From sequence record DRR378314_778: DNA of 64,000 nt. One strand, given 5' to 3'. The notes under the pieces were generated by a model. That model saw nothing but the letters and a program-made list of their open reading frames with translations. It had not been told where the DNA came from and did not search any database. This document shows positions 30,025-40,578 of this stretch, one piece after another. The translations under genes were made by a program, and so were the position numbers. How positions within the stretch are numbered: the first letter of the stretch is position 1; each line of letters opens with the position of its first letter.

Positions 30025-31293
30025 ATGGTAAATCGTCTCGGATATGACCCAGGACGATTTTGGAGGGTGGCAGCTGTAATGGCTGCCGCACTCTTCCTTT
30101 CGTCGTCGTTGGCGAAGGCGGAAGACGTGAAAGTTTATGGCTCTCTGCAAAAAGCGATCGCAGAGGCCAAGACCGGGGATGCATTGCATCTTCAAGAAGG
30201 TGTGTATGAAGGCCCGCTGACGATTAGCAAATCTATTCAGATTATTGGAACTGACAGGGCTGTTATTCAAGGTAATCAGCAAGGATCCGTGATTACGGTC
30301 AAGGCCCCGAATGTGAAATTGCTGAACCTCACCGTAACAGGCTCCGGCCTGTCATTAGCAACGCAGGATAGCGGAATATTCCTTGATAAAACTGCCGAAC
30401 ATTCGGTGGTCGAGGGGAACAGGGTTATTGACAATCTGATCGGTGTTTATGTTTCGGGCGCGAAAAATAGTCTGGTTCGGAACAACCACATCCTAGGTCG
30501 TCAGGATCTGAGAATGAATGAGCGGGGCAACGGTGTGCAAATTTGGAACGCACCGGGGGCAGTTATTGAAAACAACATCATTGAACACGGCCGCGATGGG
30601 ATTTTTGTGACGACCAGCAAAAACAATCTGTTCAGAGGGAACCGTATGGAAAACCTCAGATTTGCGGTGCATTACATGTATACAAACCGCAGTGAAGTTT
30701 CCAACAACATTTCCGTCGGCAACCATATTGGTTATGCCTTAATGTCGTCGACGGATCTGGTGGTCAAAGATAACCTCTCGCAGAAAGATCGGGATCATGG
30801 GTTTCTGCTGAACTATGCCAATCGGATGACGATGAGCCAGAATGTTGTTCGCGGCGGACCGGAAAAATGTATCTTTATATATAATTCCCATCGCAACCAT
30901 ATACGCCAGAATCTGCTCTCCGATTGTCTGATTGGTATTCATTTCACAGCGGGTTCTCAGAAGAACATGATTTCTGAAAATGCGTTTGTCAGCAATCAAA
31001 CACAGGTCAAATATGTGGGCACCAGATGGTTGGAATGGTCTGTCGATGGCATCGGAAATTATTGGTCTGATCATGTTGCTTTTGATTTGGATAAGAACGG
31101 TGTCGCCGATGCTATCTACCGACCAAATGATCTGACAGATCAAATCATATGGAAATATCCGTCTGCCCGCCTGTTGATGAATAGCCCCGCCGTGCAGGTT
31201 CTTAAATACGCGCAAACTCAGTTCCCTGCGCTGCATCCCGGCGGAGTGATTGATAGTGCCCCTTTGATGCAGTCACCGATCGGTCTGGACTAG
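30025..31293 (+). CDS. nosD: Nitrous oxide reductase maturation protein NosD
   Basis: Beta-helix repeats, RGNGVQIWN, GRDGIF, LRFAVHYMY, GNYWSD. Confidence 0.95.
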   Translation: MVNRLGYDPGRFWRVAAVMAAALFLSSSLAKAEDVKVYGSLQKAIAEAKTGDALHLQEGVYEGPLTISKSIQIIGTDRAVIQGNQQGSVITVKAPNVKLLNLTVTGSGLSLATQDSGIFLDKTAEHSVVEGNRVIDNLIGVYVSGAKNSLVRNNHILGRQDLRMNERGNGVQIWNAPGAVIENNIIEHGRDGIFVTTSKNNLFRGNRMENLRFAVHYMYTNRSEVSNNISVGNHIGYALMSSTDLVVKDNLSQKDRDHGFLLNYANRMTMSQNVVRGGPEKCIFIYNSHRNHIRQNLLSDCLIGIHFTAGSQKNMISENAFVSNQTQVKYVGTRWLEWSVDGIGNYWSDHVAFDLDKNGVADAIYRPNDLTDQIIWKYPSARLLMNSPAVQVLKYAQTQFPALHPGGVIDSAPLMQSPIGLD

Positions 31294-31303
31294 AGGTAGA
31301 GAA

Positions 31304-32245
31304 ATGAAAATGTCTATCAAATCAGCAATATCAGCTCTCGGAATTTCAAAGAATTTTGGTGACCTTAAAGCATTGCAAGATGTATCACTAACCTTGAGCA
31401 AGGGGGAATGCTTAGCATTGGTTGGCCATAATGGGGCAGGAAAAAGCACGCTTATTAAAATTCTATTGGGTTTGATCGCGCCAACGCACGGTATGGTCCA
31501 TGTCATGGGGACCGACGTCCAAACACGCAGATTTAAAAAATGCCGGCAGCATATTGGGTTTTTACCAGAACAGATTCTTTTCCAGAAGAATATGACCGGA
31601 CGAGAAGTGCTTCTTTTCTATGCGAAGCTTAAAGGGGCACCTCTATCGCAAGTGAGTGACCTGTTTCGTAAATTTGAACTTGAAGCTGCCGCTGATTATC
31701 GGATTTCCACTTACTCGAAAGGTATGCGTCAAAAACTAGGGATAGCTCAAGCTTTGTTAGGGGAACCGGAGTTTCTGATTTTGGATGAACCGACTTCCGG
31801 GCTGGATCCTTTGGCGCGGCAAAAGATTTATCAGATCCTCGGCGAGGAAAAATTGAAAGGTACTTCCATCCTGATTTCCTCCCATGTGCTAACCGAAATT
31901 GACGACCGTGTTGATCGTGCGGTCATCCTCAATTCAGGGCGTATTGTCGGTGATGACACTCTGGCTGGCTTGACCCAACAGCTTGCCGTTCAGTCCCGAA
32001 TTGTGATCGAGGCGTCACCCGAGGCATGTGATCAGATTAAAACAGTTTTTGCCCACGATCTGGATGTTCAAAGAACAACACAAAGGCATTTGGTCATTCA
32101 CTGTGAACAAGCCCGGAAAATACCGATCTTAAACAGCATATATGCGCTTGGAATTCAGCTGAGCGATATTCGAATAACGGATCCAAATCTGGAGGAAATT
32201 TTCAGTGCTTATATGCACTTGAACAAGGGAGGATCTGATGAATAA
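31304..32245 (+). CDS. nosF: ABC ATPase NosF
   Basis: GHNGAGKST, YSKGMRQKLG, LDEPTSGLDP; position in nos operon. Confidence 0.93.
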   Translation: MKMSIKSAISALGISKNFGDLKALQDVSLTLSKGECLALVGHNGAGKSTLIKILLGLIAPTHGMVHVMGTDVQTRRFKKCRQHIGFLPEQILFQKNMTGREVLLFYAKLKGAPLSQVSDLFRKFELEAAADYRISTYSKGMRQKLGIAQALLGEPEFLILDEPTSGLDPLARQKIYQILGEEKLKGTSILISSHVLTEIDDRVDRAVILNSGRIVGDDTLAGLTQQLAVQSRIVIEASPEACDQIKTVFAHDLDVQRTTQRHLVIHCEQARKIPILNSIYALGIQLSDIRITDPNLEEIFSAYMHLNKGGSDE

Positions 32246-33071
32246 TCTGATAACCTTGGTTGCCAAAGAAATTAAGGACAGCTATCGAAACCGTTGGGTT
32301 GCAACGGCTATTCTTGTGATGACGGCTTTAGCGCTCGTTCTTAGTTTTATTGGAAGTGCACCTGTCGGAAGCACAAGCATTAGTCCTTTGACGGTCACTG
32401 TGGTCAGCCTGTCGTCACTGAGTGTTTTTTTTATCCCGCTGATTGCACTGCTGCTGTCTTACAATTCGATTGTTGGAGAGGAAGAGCGCGGAACGCTTTT
32501 GCTATTGCTAACCTATCCGGTTTCCAGAATCTGGATCGCGCTTGGAAAATATATTGGTCAGTTGGCTGTTTTAGGCTTGGCCATAGTGATCGGGTATGGT
32601 GTGGCTGCTTTGACTGTTGTGCTGGCCAGCGATTTACCGCTTGTTGAATATGACTGGGCTGTATTTGGGAAGTTAGTCTTTTCTTCAATGCTTTTGGGCG
32701 CTGTTTTTCTTGGCATTGGCATTTTCATCAGCTCGGTGCTGAAGGAAAGCGCGACGGCTGCTGCCTGGGCGATCGGGATTTGGCTTGTCTTTGTCGTATT
32801 GTTTGATCTGGGGTTACTCGGTTTATTGTCATCTCCCGCTGCGAATTATCTGCCTGATATGGTGATGAAATGGATAATGCTCGCCAATCCGGCAGACGCT
32901 TATCGGATGTTTAATCTAGCAACTTCAGAAGATACAGCCTTGCTGTCCGGCATGGCGGGGTTAAGGGCGGATCAGACTGTAACCGCGAACGTGATGTTAG
33001 GTGTCTTGATGGCTTGGGTTACAATCCCGGTTATCGCATTTTGTTGGTCTTTTCAAAGGCGGAAAACATGA
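32238..33071 (+). CDS. nosY: ABC permease NosY
   Basis: RNRW, IVGEEERGTLLLLLTYP, NPADAYR. Confidence 0.93.
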   Translation: MNNLITLVAKEIKDSYRNRWVATAILVMTALALVLSFIGSAPVGSTSISPLTVTVVSLSSLSVFFIPLIALLLSYNSIVGEEERGTLLLLLTYPVSRIWIALGKYIGQLAVLGLAIVIGYGVAALTVVLASDLPLVEYDWAVFGKLVFSSMLLGAVFLGIGIFISSVLKESATAAAWAIGIWLVFVVLFDLGLLGLLSSPAANYLPDMVMKWIMLANPADAYRMFNLATSEDTALLSGMAGLRADQTVTANVMLGVLMAWVTIPVIAFCWSFQRRKT

Positions 33072-33598
33072 AAAAACTCCTTTTGTTACTTCTCCCCTTA
33101 CTCGTGAGTTTATCTCTTGGTGCCTGCCAGGAAGATCAAGGAGTGTTGCCAGAGCCTTTGGCACTCACCAATGAAGCCGTTGGAACCTATTGCGGCATGC
33201 TGCTGACTGAACATTCCGGTCCGAAGGCGCAGGTCTTTGAAAAGCATAAGCCTAATCCGCAGTGGTTCAGTTCCGTTAAGGATGCAATTACTTACCTTAC
33301 CTTACCCGGTGAGGCTCAGGACGCCGTCGTCACCTATGTCCATGATATGGCGAAAGCTGAGAGTTGGGAGAAACCGCAAGGTGAGGGGATTTGGATTGAT
33401 GTTCAAGATGCCTATTTTGTGGTTGGAAGCCGCAAGCTTGGAGGCATGCAAATGCCAGAGTTTGTCCCTTTTGGCCAAGCAGAAGAAGCGCAGACATTTG
33501 CGGATCAACATGGGGGGCGTGTGGTGCGGTTAGCGCAAATTACCAATGAAGACCTGGAATTGGCACATATGCCGCCTGTGACATTAACTCATGAATAA
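33068..33598 (+). CDS. nosL: Copper chaperone lipoprotein NosL
   Basis: LGAC lipobox, YCGMLLTEHSGPKAQ, GGMQMPE; ATG overlaps the nosY stop. Confidence 0.93.
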   Translation: MKKLLLLLLPLLVSLSLGACQEDQGVLPEPLALTNEAVGTYCGMLLTEHSGPKAQVFEKHKPNPQWFSSVKDAITYLTLPGEAQDAVVTYVHDMAKAESWEKPQGEGIWIDVQDAYFVVGSRKLGGMQMPEFVPFGQAEEAQTFADQHGGRVVRLAQITNEDLELAHMPPVTLTHE

Positions 33599-33612
33599 GA
33601 GGAGCCGATGGT

Positions 33613-34620
33613 ATGCAACCACAATTGAATAAAAAGGCCTCTCGAAGATCGTTTTTGATTTTGGCCTCAGCGTCCTTTGCAGCCTCAGCAGTGCCGTTTT
33701 CAGTTGCGGGAGCGAGGGAGCCCATCCGATGGACCGGGGCTGCGCTTGGCGCTGAAGGTATGATTGAGCTGCATCATTCAGACCCTGTAAAAGCGCGGTC
33801 AGCCCTCAAACACTGCGAAGTGGAGATAGAGCGATTAGAAAATCTGTTCAGTCTCTATCGACCGTATTCGGCTCTGTCCAGGTTGAACGCGTCCGGCGCG
33901 CTCGACAATCCGGATTTTCAGTTTTTGGAGTTGTTGTCTTCTGCGCAGTCATTTGCACAGCAAACGAATGGCGTATTTGACGTCACGATCCAACCGCTCT
34001 GGCAGTTTTATCGGGAATATTATGGCCAATCACAGAACAGAGGGAAGAGGCCATCGACACTAGATATCCAGCGGATATTGACGAAGGTTGGGTACAAGGA
34101 TCTTTATCTTTCCCCAAATCGGATTGAATTTAAGAAGCCTGGCATGGCAATAACTTTAAACGGAATTGCCCAAGGATACATTACGGATCATATCAAATCG
34201 GTACTACAGTCAGCGGGGTTCAAGCACGTCCTGTTATCGCTAGGTGAAGTGGCGGCAATCGGTCCAAAATCTGAAGGGCGGCCATGGCGTGTTGGCCTTG
34301 AAGTCGGTGAGGGAGCGGATGAAGGCGCGGCCGTGAGCATCCCGCTTAGGGATCAGGCCGTTGCGACTTCTGGTACCTATGCCAGTCCCTTCGCGGGTCA
34401 AACAGGTGCTAATCATTTGCTCAATCCAAAGACAGGGGGATGGTCGACCATTGAGGGCTCGGTTTCGGTCGTATCCAAAAGTGCAATGGTAGCAGACATG
34501 TATTCTACAGCCCTGTCCTTGTTGTCACAGGCAGAAAGAAAACAGTTGCTGGCGAGTTCTCAGCAAGTGGATGCCGTTTATTTTTCATCTCGTGCAGAAG
34601 GCGCTAATTGGTTTGCATAA
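33613..34620 (+). CDS. nosX: FAD:protein FMN transferase NosX (ApbE family)
   Basis: SRRSFL Tat motif, FDVTIQPLW, LNGIAQGYITD, ATSG. Confidence 0.92.
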   Translation: MQPQLNKKASRRSFLILASASFAASAVPFSVAGAREPIRWTGAALGAEGMIELHHSDPVKARSALKHCEVEIERLENLFSLYRPYSALSRLNASGALDNPDFQFLELLSSAQSFAQQTNGVFDVTIQPLWQFYREYYGQSQNRGKRPSTLDIQRILTKVGYKDLYLSPNRIEFKKPGMAITLNGIAQGYITDHIKSVLQSAGFKHVLLSLGEVAAIGPKSEGRPWRVGLEVGEGADEGAAVSIPLRDQAVATSGTYASPFAGQTGANHLLNPKTGGWSTIEGSVSVVSKSAMVADMYSTALSLLSQAERKQLLASSQQVDAVYFSSRAEGANWFA

Positions 34621-34637
34621 GCAGTAATTTAAGGCTT

Positions 34638-35327
34638 TCAGGTTTGCCGGTTATAAAGATCAGTGAGCTTGGCCTTATCCGTAATGATCACTTTTTTGCG
34701 GCTGCTTTTCACTAAGCCTGATTGTTCCCAGCCGCTTAAAAGGCGAGAGACAGTGTGAAGGGTTGTGCCTGTCATGTCAGAGACGTCCTGACGGGTTAGG
34801 GGAATATCAATCAGGATCCCTTCGTCGGTTTCCTTACCTGCTTGTTCGAGCAGCTTTAACAAGGCAGCGGCCACTCTATGTTCGACTTGTTCGGTCGCAA
34901 GTTCAATAACCCGATCCTGGACATCCATGAGACGATTTCCAAGTGTCGCGCTGGCGGAATTCGCAAAGGACGGAAATTGCCTGACCGTCTCCTTCCAGAG
35001 GGAAGCAGGCCAAGCCAGCGCCACACAGTCAACAGCTGCAATAGCGTTTGCCGGATATGTATCCCGTCCAATGGCGGGGGCAATGCCGAATAATTCCTGG
35101 CTTGCAATATATCTGACAATGATTTGCTCCCCCGAAGCGCTGATCCGTACAACTCTGATGTAGCCATCCAACAGCAAATAAAAATTATCAGCGGCTTCAC
35201 CCTCTGAAAAAAAGGGGGTGTTTTTCTCGACCCGTCGGGCAGAACCCTGACGGATGAAATCTTCCAGTTCCGGGCGAGAGAAATCTGCAAAATTCGGGAG
35301 GTGGGAGATTAGCGCCACATCTAACAC
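34638..35327 (-). CDS. nnrR: Crp/Fnr family regulator, NnrR-like
   Basis: FGIAPAIGRDTYPA, VEHRVAAALL, RQDVSDMTGTTLHTVSRLLSGWE. Start taken at GTG 35327 because the longer ORF-track start overlaps the paz promoter. Confidence 0.85.
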   Translation of the reverse strand: MLDVALISHLPNFADFSRPELEDFIRQGSARRVEKNTPFFSEGEAADNFYLLLDGYIRVVRISASGEQIIVRYIASQELFGIAPAIGRDTYPANAIAAVDCVALAWPASLWKETVRQFPSFANSASATLGNRLMDVQDRVIELATEQVEHRVAAALLKLLEQAGKETDEGILIDIPLTRQDVSDMTGTTLHTVSRLLSGWEQSGLVKSSRKKVIITDKAKLTDLYNRQT

Positions 35328-35346
35328 AATCAGTTTTCCAGTTTTG

Positions 35347-35363
35347 TTTGTTGCACTGCAAAG
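35347..35363. promoter_or_regulatory. Second NnrR/Fnr-type box between nnrR and pseudoazurin
   Basis: TTTGTTGCACTGCAAAG, TTG-N8-CAA spacing. Confidence 0.6.
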
Positions 35364-35428
35364 TCCAGCTTCGAGGGTGATGGTATCTGAAGTTTCAGTC
35401 AAAACAAACGGAATGTGGAGAAACTGAA

Positions 35429-35872
35429 ATGAAGATCGTAGCTTATATTATCACACTGATTGTCTTGGGAATGACGATATCTGCAGTTCAGGCCGCTGAA
35501 CATGAAGTGAAAATGTTAAATCGGGGTGAGAAGGGAATGATGGTTTTTGAGCCGGATTTTGTGAAAGCTGAAGTCGGTGATGTTGTTCGGTTTATCCCAA
35601 CGGACAAGGGTCACAATGTCCAATCCATCAAAGGAATGCTGCCAAAAAATGTCAATAAATTCAAAAGTGCCTATAATGAAGAATATGTTCTGGAGGTCAC
35701 TGAGGCGGGATTCTACGGCATTAAATGCAGTCCACATTATCCCATGGGAATGGTTGCGTTGATATCAGTTGGCACCCCGCAGAATACAGAGCAGGCCAAA
35801 AAAGCCAAAAACCCTCCCAAGGCCAGAAAACTTTTTGTAAAGCTATTTAAAACCGCTGAAGCTTTAAATTAA
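35429..35872 (+). CDS. paz: Pseudoazurin (type I copper protein)
   Basis: Signal peptide, [27 protein letters not shown] copper ligands. Confidence 0.95.
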   Translation: MKIVAYIITLIVLGMTISAVQAAEHEVKMLNRGEKGMMVFEPDFVKAEVGDVVRFIPTDKGHNVQSIKGMLPKNVNKFKSAYNEEYVLEVTEAGFYGIKCSPHYPMGMVALISVGTPQNTEQAKKAKNPPKARKLFVKLFKTAEALN

Positions 35873-36541
35873 GCCCCGCTTGAGATCAATGCTTCCCAGA
35901 CAGACGAACTGAAATAAACACCTGGAAAACGGTGCTGAGACTGTATCAATCCTGCCCCCTAACCCGATCTTATGGGTTTCGTCAATATTGGGGGTAGTTT
36001 CAATCTCTGTGGGGTTTTTCGCAGTCATACCGCTGAACATATTTTCGTGTCCTTATTCAGAAATATGTTCAGACCCTTGTCTTGGATATTCATTGAAAAA
36101 TATCTTAAAATTACCAGGCGATTGAAATCACTTAGATTTTTTTAATAAACCCAACGCACAATTTATACCTTGCTCTTATCAACAGATTAATCACCGAAGT
36201 TTGTTACTGAAAATCAAAACTTCGCGCTCCTAAAATCCAGGTTCAAAACAAGCATATGGGAATATCCATACCATATCTGTAGACTCAGGGAGTCATTTGG
36301 GGATCCCTCAATCGCTTTGACAGAAACGAGCCCGCGCCGTCATATCTGTATCTGTCAAAAGAATAAACAGGTCTATCAAAAGAGTGGTTGATGTTAATTT
36401 GCGGAAAGTATGGTTTGGGCAAGATGGCTCATGTCTCAAAGGTTTAAGGGGCAATTTGACATATTATTTATTGCAATCATATTTACATTAATTAGTCTTA
36501 ATATAAACTGCGTAACCGTTGGGTAGCCGTAGGAGATTGTC

Positions 36542-37324
36542 GTGTTTCCTCTTAATCGCATTGTTTTTCTGATCTTTTTACTGGTCGCTCCAAATGTAGA
36601 AGCTGATGAGTTGCTTGTTCTTGGAGATAATAATGCGAAACCAAAGAACTGGCTTGATACTGAATTCAAACCCCAAGGGATAATGATTGACCTTTTAGAT
36701 GAGGTCAGCAAGCGCACCGGAATAGAATTTACCTATAACCTTTACCCTTGGAAACGCGCATATGCCTCTAGCGAGATAGGTGAAGGGGCTTTAATCGGAT
36801 TTTCAAAAACAACAGAGCGTATGAAAAAATGGCACTATTCAGTTCCCATGTATTATGATGAGCTCGTTCTAGTGACCAGGACCAACAAGAAATTCGAATT
36901 TACGGGTATAAAAAATCTGGATGGTTTGAGGATCGGGATTAAGCGCGGCGCTAGTTATGGTGATGATTTTGAGTTAGGCTTCAAACGCGGGCATTTTGTT
37001 AAAGTTGAAGTGACCGATCGAGTTAATCTACTCAAAATGCTTTTGATTGATCGAGTAGATGCGGTTCTATTTAGTCCGGGTAGCGTTGCCTTGGCGGCCA
37101 CGATTGCAGATAATGAATATTTGAAAAGTCATAAGGACGATTTTGTAATTCTCGAGCCACCTTATAAGCTTGATCCCAACTATCTGGGCATTCCAAAATC
37201 CATGAATAAAGAACACTTGTTGCCAATTATTAATAAGGCCCTGACCGAAATAAAATCTGATGGAACGCATCAGAAAATCGTTGGAAAAAATATTCAACAG
37301 GTCTTAACAGAACTTAATCAGTAA
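36542..37324 (+). CDS. Orphan substrate-binding protein (family 3-like)
   Basis: Signal peptide, GIMIDLL, YPWKRA, SKTTER, RVDAV. Confidence 0.8.
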   Translation: MFPLNRIVFLIFLLVAPNVEADELLVLGDNNAKPKNWLDTEFKPQGIMIDLLDEVSKRTGIEFTYNLYPWKRAYASSEIGEGALIGFSKTTERMKKWHYSVPMYYDELVLVTRTNKKFEFTGIKNLDGLRIGIKRGASYGDDFELGFKRGHFVKVEVTDRVNLLKMLLIDRVDAVLFSPGSVALAATIADNEYLKSHKDDFVILEPPYKLDPNYLGIPKSMNKEHLLPIINKALTEIKSDGTHQKIVGKNIQQVLTELNQ

Positions 37325-37750
37325 AGTGAAAGCTATCTTGGATTATTTCGATCTCTGCAGGGGCGCGTTCCTATGGGGCCCTGCCTTAGACGAAGCCTGG
37401 TGAAGTTTTGTCCCGATATATGCTTGTAGTCATCTGCAGGATTTTTGGGAGCAGCTGCCAAACGGGCAGGCCGATAATACCACATTCCTCTACAAAAAGT
37501 CCGGGTTCACGTCTTGATGATGATCGGAAAGCGGTTATACGGCATCCAATTCCCAAAACGAGCCGTATATTTTGGCATGGAATTAAGTGTCGCCAATTCA
37601 ATAGCTTTATAGGGATTATGATGTGCGAATACTGCCAAAGAGAAAACTGTCCGCTATTTATAGATCAGGAGCTGAAGCTCGCCGCTTGCACCGGGTGAGC
37701 CCACACTCTTGCTGATCGCCTCGTAAAACTAATTAGGGAGAGGTTTTCTG

Positions 37751-38452
37751 ATGAATTATAATCCAAAAAATATCGCGGTTATTGGCGGGTCTGGAGCCGT
37801 TGGAAGTAATATCACAAAGTTATTAAATCAAAAATATCCGGATGCAAGACTGTGTGCGTTTTCACGAAGTGGGGAGCATCAAATAGATTATGGCAGCGAG
37901 GATTCCCTGGCCGCAGCAGCTGAACTTGTTTCAAAAGATTTACCGTTAGACATGATCATTGTGGCCAATGGAATATTGCATGACGGCGACATAATGCCGG
38001 AAAAATCTTTAAGAGATTTGACTGCTGAAAAGTTTCATCGGATTTTTGAGGTAAACACAATTACGCCTGCTCTTATCGGCAAATATTTTTTACCAAAACT
38101 CAATAAAGAAAAACCTTCGAGATTTGCGGTTCTCTCGGCACGGGTTGGCAGTATATCAGATAATCGGCTGGGTGGTTGGTATGCTTATCGCGCTTCAAAA
38201 GCAGCCCTTAATATGATTATTAAAAACGCGGCGATTGAAATCGGCAGAAAAAACAAACAGGCTGTCATCGTCGGTCTTCATCCGGGAACAGTTGACAGTG
38301 CCTTGTCGAAACCATTTCAAAGCAATGTACCCGCAGGGAAGTTATTTACGCCTGAATACTCTGCAGCAAAACTGCTGGATGTGCTGCAGAGCCTATCACC
38401 AGAACATACTGGAAAGTGTTTTGCCTGGGATGGTGAGGAGATTTTACCATAG
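37751..38452 (+). CDS. Short-chain dehydrogenase, CsgA/C-factor-like
   Basis: GGSGAVG, PEKSL, LSARVGSISDNRLGGWYAYRASKAALN, LHPGTVD. Confidence 0.9.
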   Translation: MNYNPKNIAVIGGSGAVGSNITKLLNQKYPDARLCAFSRSGEHQIDYGSEDSLAAAAELVSKDLPLDMIIVANGILHDGDIMPEKSLRDLTAEKFHRIFEVNTITPALIGKYFLPKLNKEKPSRFAVLSARVGSISDNRLGGWYAYRASKAALNMIIKNAAIEIGRKNKQAVIVGLHPGTVDSALSKPFQSNVPAGKLFTPEYSAAKLLDVLQSLSPEHTGKCFAWDGEEILP

Positions 38453-38864
38453 AATTAAGAGCGATGGGATCTCTTGGCATCTTCGCAGAGAAGATTATGA
38501 CACACTTGTGGACGCGCTAAAATTAGATACTTCACGGTCTTTTTTGGTCATGGCGGGATCACTCAATTTAAGGCGATCGCGCAGCTATCAGAGATATCAC
38601 CAACTTCTTCTCAGCTTTTCTTCTGAGGGGTAAGTTAGAAGCACCTTGTCATCTACCATAGCAGCCATCAGGTGCAACTTGGATTATAACCTAGAGCGAG
38701 TCTAAACGCCTCTTAATCACTATGCTATTCAAGATCCAAAAGGCAGTTTCCCTCGTAACCTAAAATGACAGGGAGCAAGAGCTTATTCATATGACGTGCC
38801 CTGCTTCGTGCAGACCAAGAGAGCAGAAAACTTACAGAAACACTTCACAAGGAATGCTTTTCCT

Positions 38865-40403
38865 ATGAAAACGCTAAGATTGATTTTAGGGGATCAGCTT
38901 TCAGAGTCTATCTCCAGCCTTAAAGATTATAATCCGCAAACAGATGTTATTTTGATGTGTGAGGTTTGGGACGAGGCGACTTATGTCAGGCATCACAAGA
39001 AAAAAATCGCGTTTCTGTTTTCGGCAATGAGGCACTTTGCGGGAACACTCAGAGAGAAAGCGTACGAAGTTCAATATACGAAATTAGACGACGCCGATAA
39101 TACCGGATCCTTTAAAGGTGAAATTGGGCGAATGCTCCAAAAACAGACTTTTGGTCGTATTATCGTCACTCACCCCGGTGAACATCGAGTGCTGGGGGAT
39201 ATCCAAAGTTGGGAGGAAGAGTTTGGTGTGCCTGTCGAGATCAGAGAGGATGACCGGTTTTTATGTTCCCTGGATGAATTCACAGCATGGTCAAAAGATC
39301 GGAAGCAGCTACGCATGGAATATTTCTATCGAGAAATGCGTATGGCGTACGACATCTTAATGCAAGACGGCAAACCGGTTGGCGGAAACTGGAACTATGA
39401 TAGTGAAAATCGCAAGCCTCCGAGAGAAGGGCTTAATATTCCGCTGCCATATGCGGGGAAAATAGATGACATCACGCAAGAGGTCATCTCCCTTGTTGCT
39501 GACCGTTTCAAAGAGCATTTTGGTGATGTGGATCCCTTTTATTTTGCCGTTACACGGGATGAAGCTCTCCAGGTTTTGGATCAATTTATCGACCAACGAT
39601 TAAGTCATTTTGGAGACTACCAAGATGCAATGATCCAAGGAGAGTCTTGGATGTTTCACGCGCACATAAGCTTCTACCTAAATTGTGGTTTATTACTTCC
39701 CCTTGAATGTGTGCAAGCAGCAGAGCGGGCTTATAAAATCCATAAGGCTCCGCTCAATGCAGTGGAAGGGTTTATCCGCCAGGTTATGGGTTGGCGCGAA
39801 TATATGCGCGGTATTTACTGGTTGAAAATGCCAGAATACGGATCTGAAAACTTTCTCCAGGCAAACCGACCACTACCGAATTTCTATTGGACAACCAATA
39901 CAAAAATGAATTGTCTGCGGTGTTGCGTCTCCGAAACAAAACAAAATGCTTATGCGCACCATATTCAGCGGCTTATGGTACTGGGGAATTTTGCTTTGTT
40001 GGCCGGGATTGATCCTAAATATGTAAATGAATGGTTCTTGATTGTTTATGCGGATGCTTATGAATGGGTTGAGCTGCCGAATGTTTCCGGCATGATTTTA
40101 TATGCAGATGGCGGATACCTCGCCAGTAAGCCTTATGCTGCTGGAGGTAGTTACATCAATAAAATGTCTGATTATTGTCAGAACTGCAGTTACAAAGTGA
40201 CCAAGAAAAATGGCCATGACGCATGTCCTTTTAACTATCTTTATTGGGAATTTTTGGACCGTAATCGCGATAAGCTGCAAAGCAATCATCGGATTGCCAT
40301 GATGTACAAGACCTTTGATCGTATGGGCGCTGAAAAACAAAACGCAATTCGTGATGATAGCGTTAGATTTTTTAACAGGCTAGACAGCGGAGCCATCGTC
40401 TAA
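38865..40403 (+). CDS. Fe-S bacterial cryptochrome/photolyase (PhrB/CryB-like, probable (6-4) photolyase)
   Basis: LILGDQL, HHKKKI, GGNWNYD, FGDYQDAM, YAHHIQRLM, SKPY; Fe-S cysteines in MNCL, DYCQNC and ACPFN. Confidence 0.93.
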   Translation: MKTLRLILGDQLSESISSLKDYNPQTDVILMCEVWDEATYVRHHKKKIAFLFSAMRHFAGTLREKAYEVQYTKLDDADNTGSFKGEIGRMLQKQTFGRIIVTHPGEHRVLGDIQSWEEEFGVPVEIREDDRFLCSLDEFTAWSKDRKQLRMEYFYREMRMAYDILMQDGKPVGGNWNYDSENRKPPREGLNIPLPYAGKIDDITQEVISLVADRFKEHFGDVDPFYFAVTRDEALQVLDQFIDQRLSHFGDYQDAMIQGESWMFHAHISFYLNCGLLLPLECVQAAERAYKIHKAPLNAVEGFIRQVMGWREYMRGIYWLKMPEYGSENFLQANRPLPNFYWTTNTKMNCLRCCVSETKQNAYAHHIQRLMVLGNFALLAGIDPKYVNEWFLIVYADAYEWVELPNVSGMILYADGGYLASKPYAAGGSYINKMSDYCQNCSYKVTKKNGHDACPFNYLYWEFLDRNRDKLQSNHRIAMMYKTFDRMGAEKQNAIRDDSVRFFNRLDSGAIV

Positions 40404-40439
40404 AGATGCCCTCAATTTGAAGCAGAAATTTAAAATGAA

Positions 40440-40577
40440 ATGAAGAAAGAACATTTACCTCAAAAAATATGTGATGTTTGTGAAAAGCGGTTTTCATGGC
40501 GAAGAAAATGGTCAAAAAATTGGCCTGAGGTAAAATATTGTTCAAAACGGTGTCGTGGGAATAAGAACAAGAATTGA
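40440..40577 (+). CDS. DUF2256-like small CxxC/CxxxC protein (45 aa)
   Basis: Manual translation MKKEHLPQKICDVCEKRFSWRRKWSKNWPEVKYCSKRCRGNKNKN; below the ORF-track cutoff. Confidence 0.88.
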   Translation: MKKEHLPQKICDVCEKRFSWRRKWSKNWPEVKYCSKRCRGNKNKN

Positions 40578-40578
40578 T

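Noticed and set aside
36033-36072. 12-bp inverted repeat CTGAACATATTT-N16-AAATATGTTCAG
   Set aside because: Real dyad, but isolated, with no T-tail, second copy or assignable function
37386-37698. Short ORFs on both strands, possibly a gene remnant
   Set aside because: No family recognisable by eye; needs a translated search
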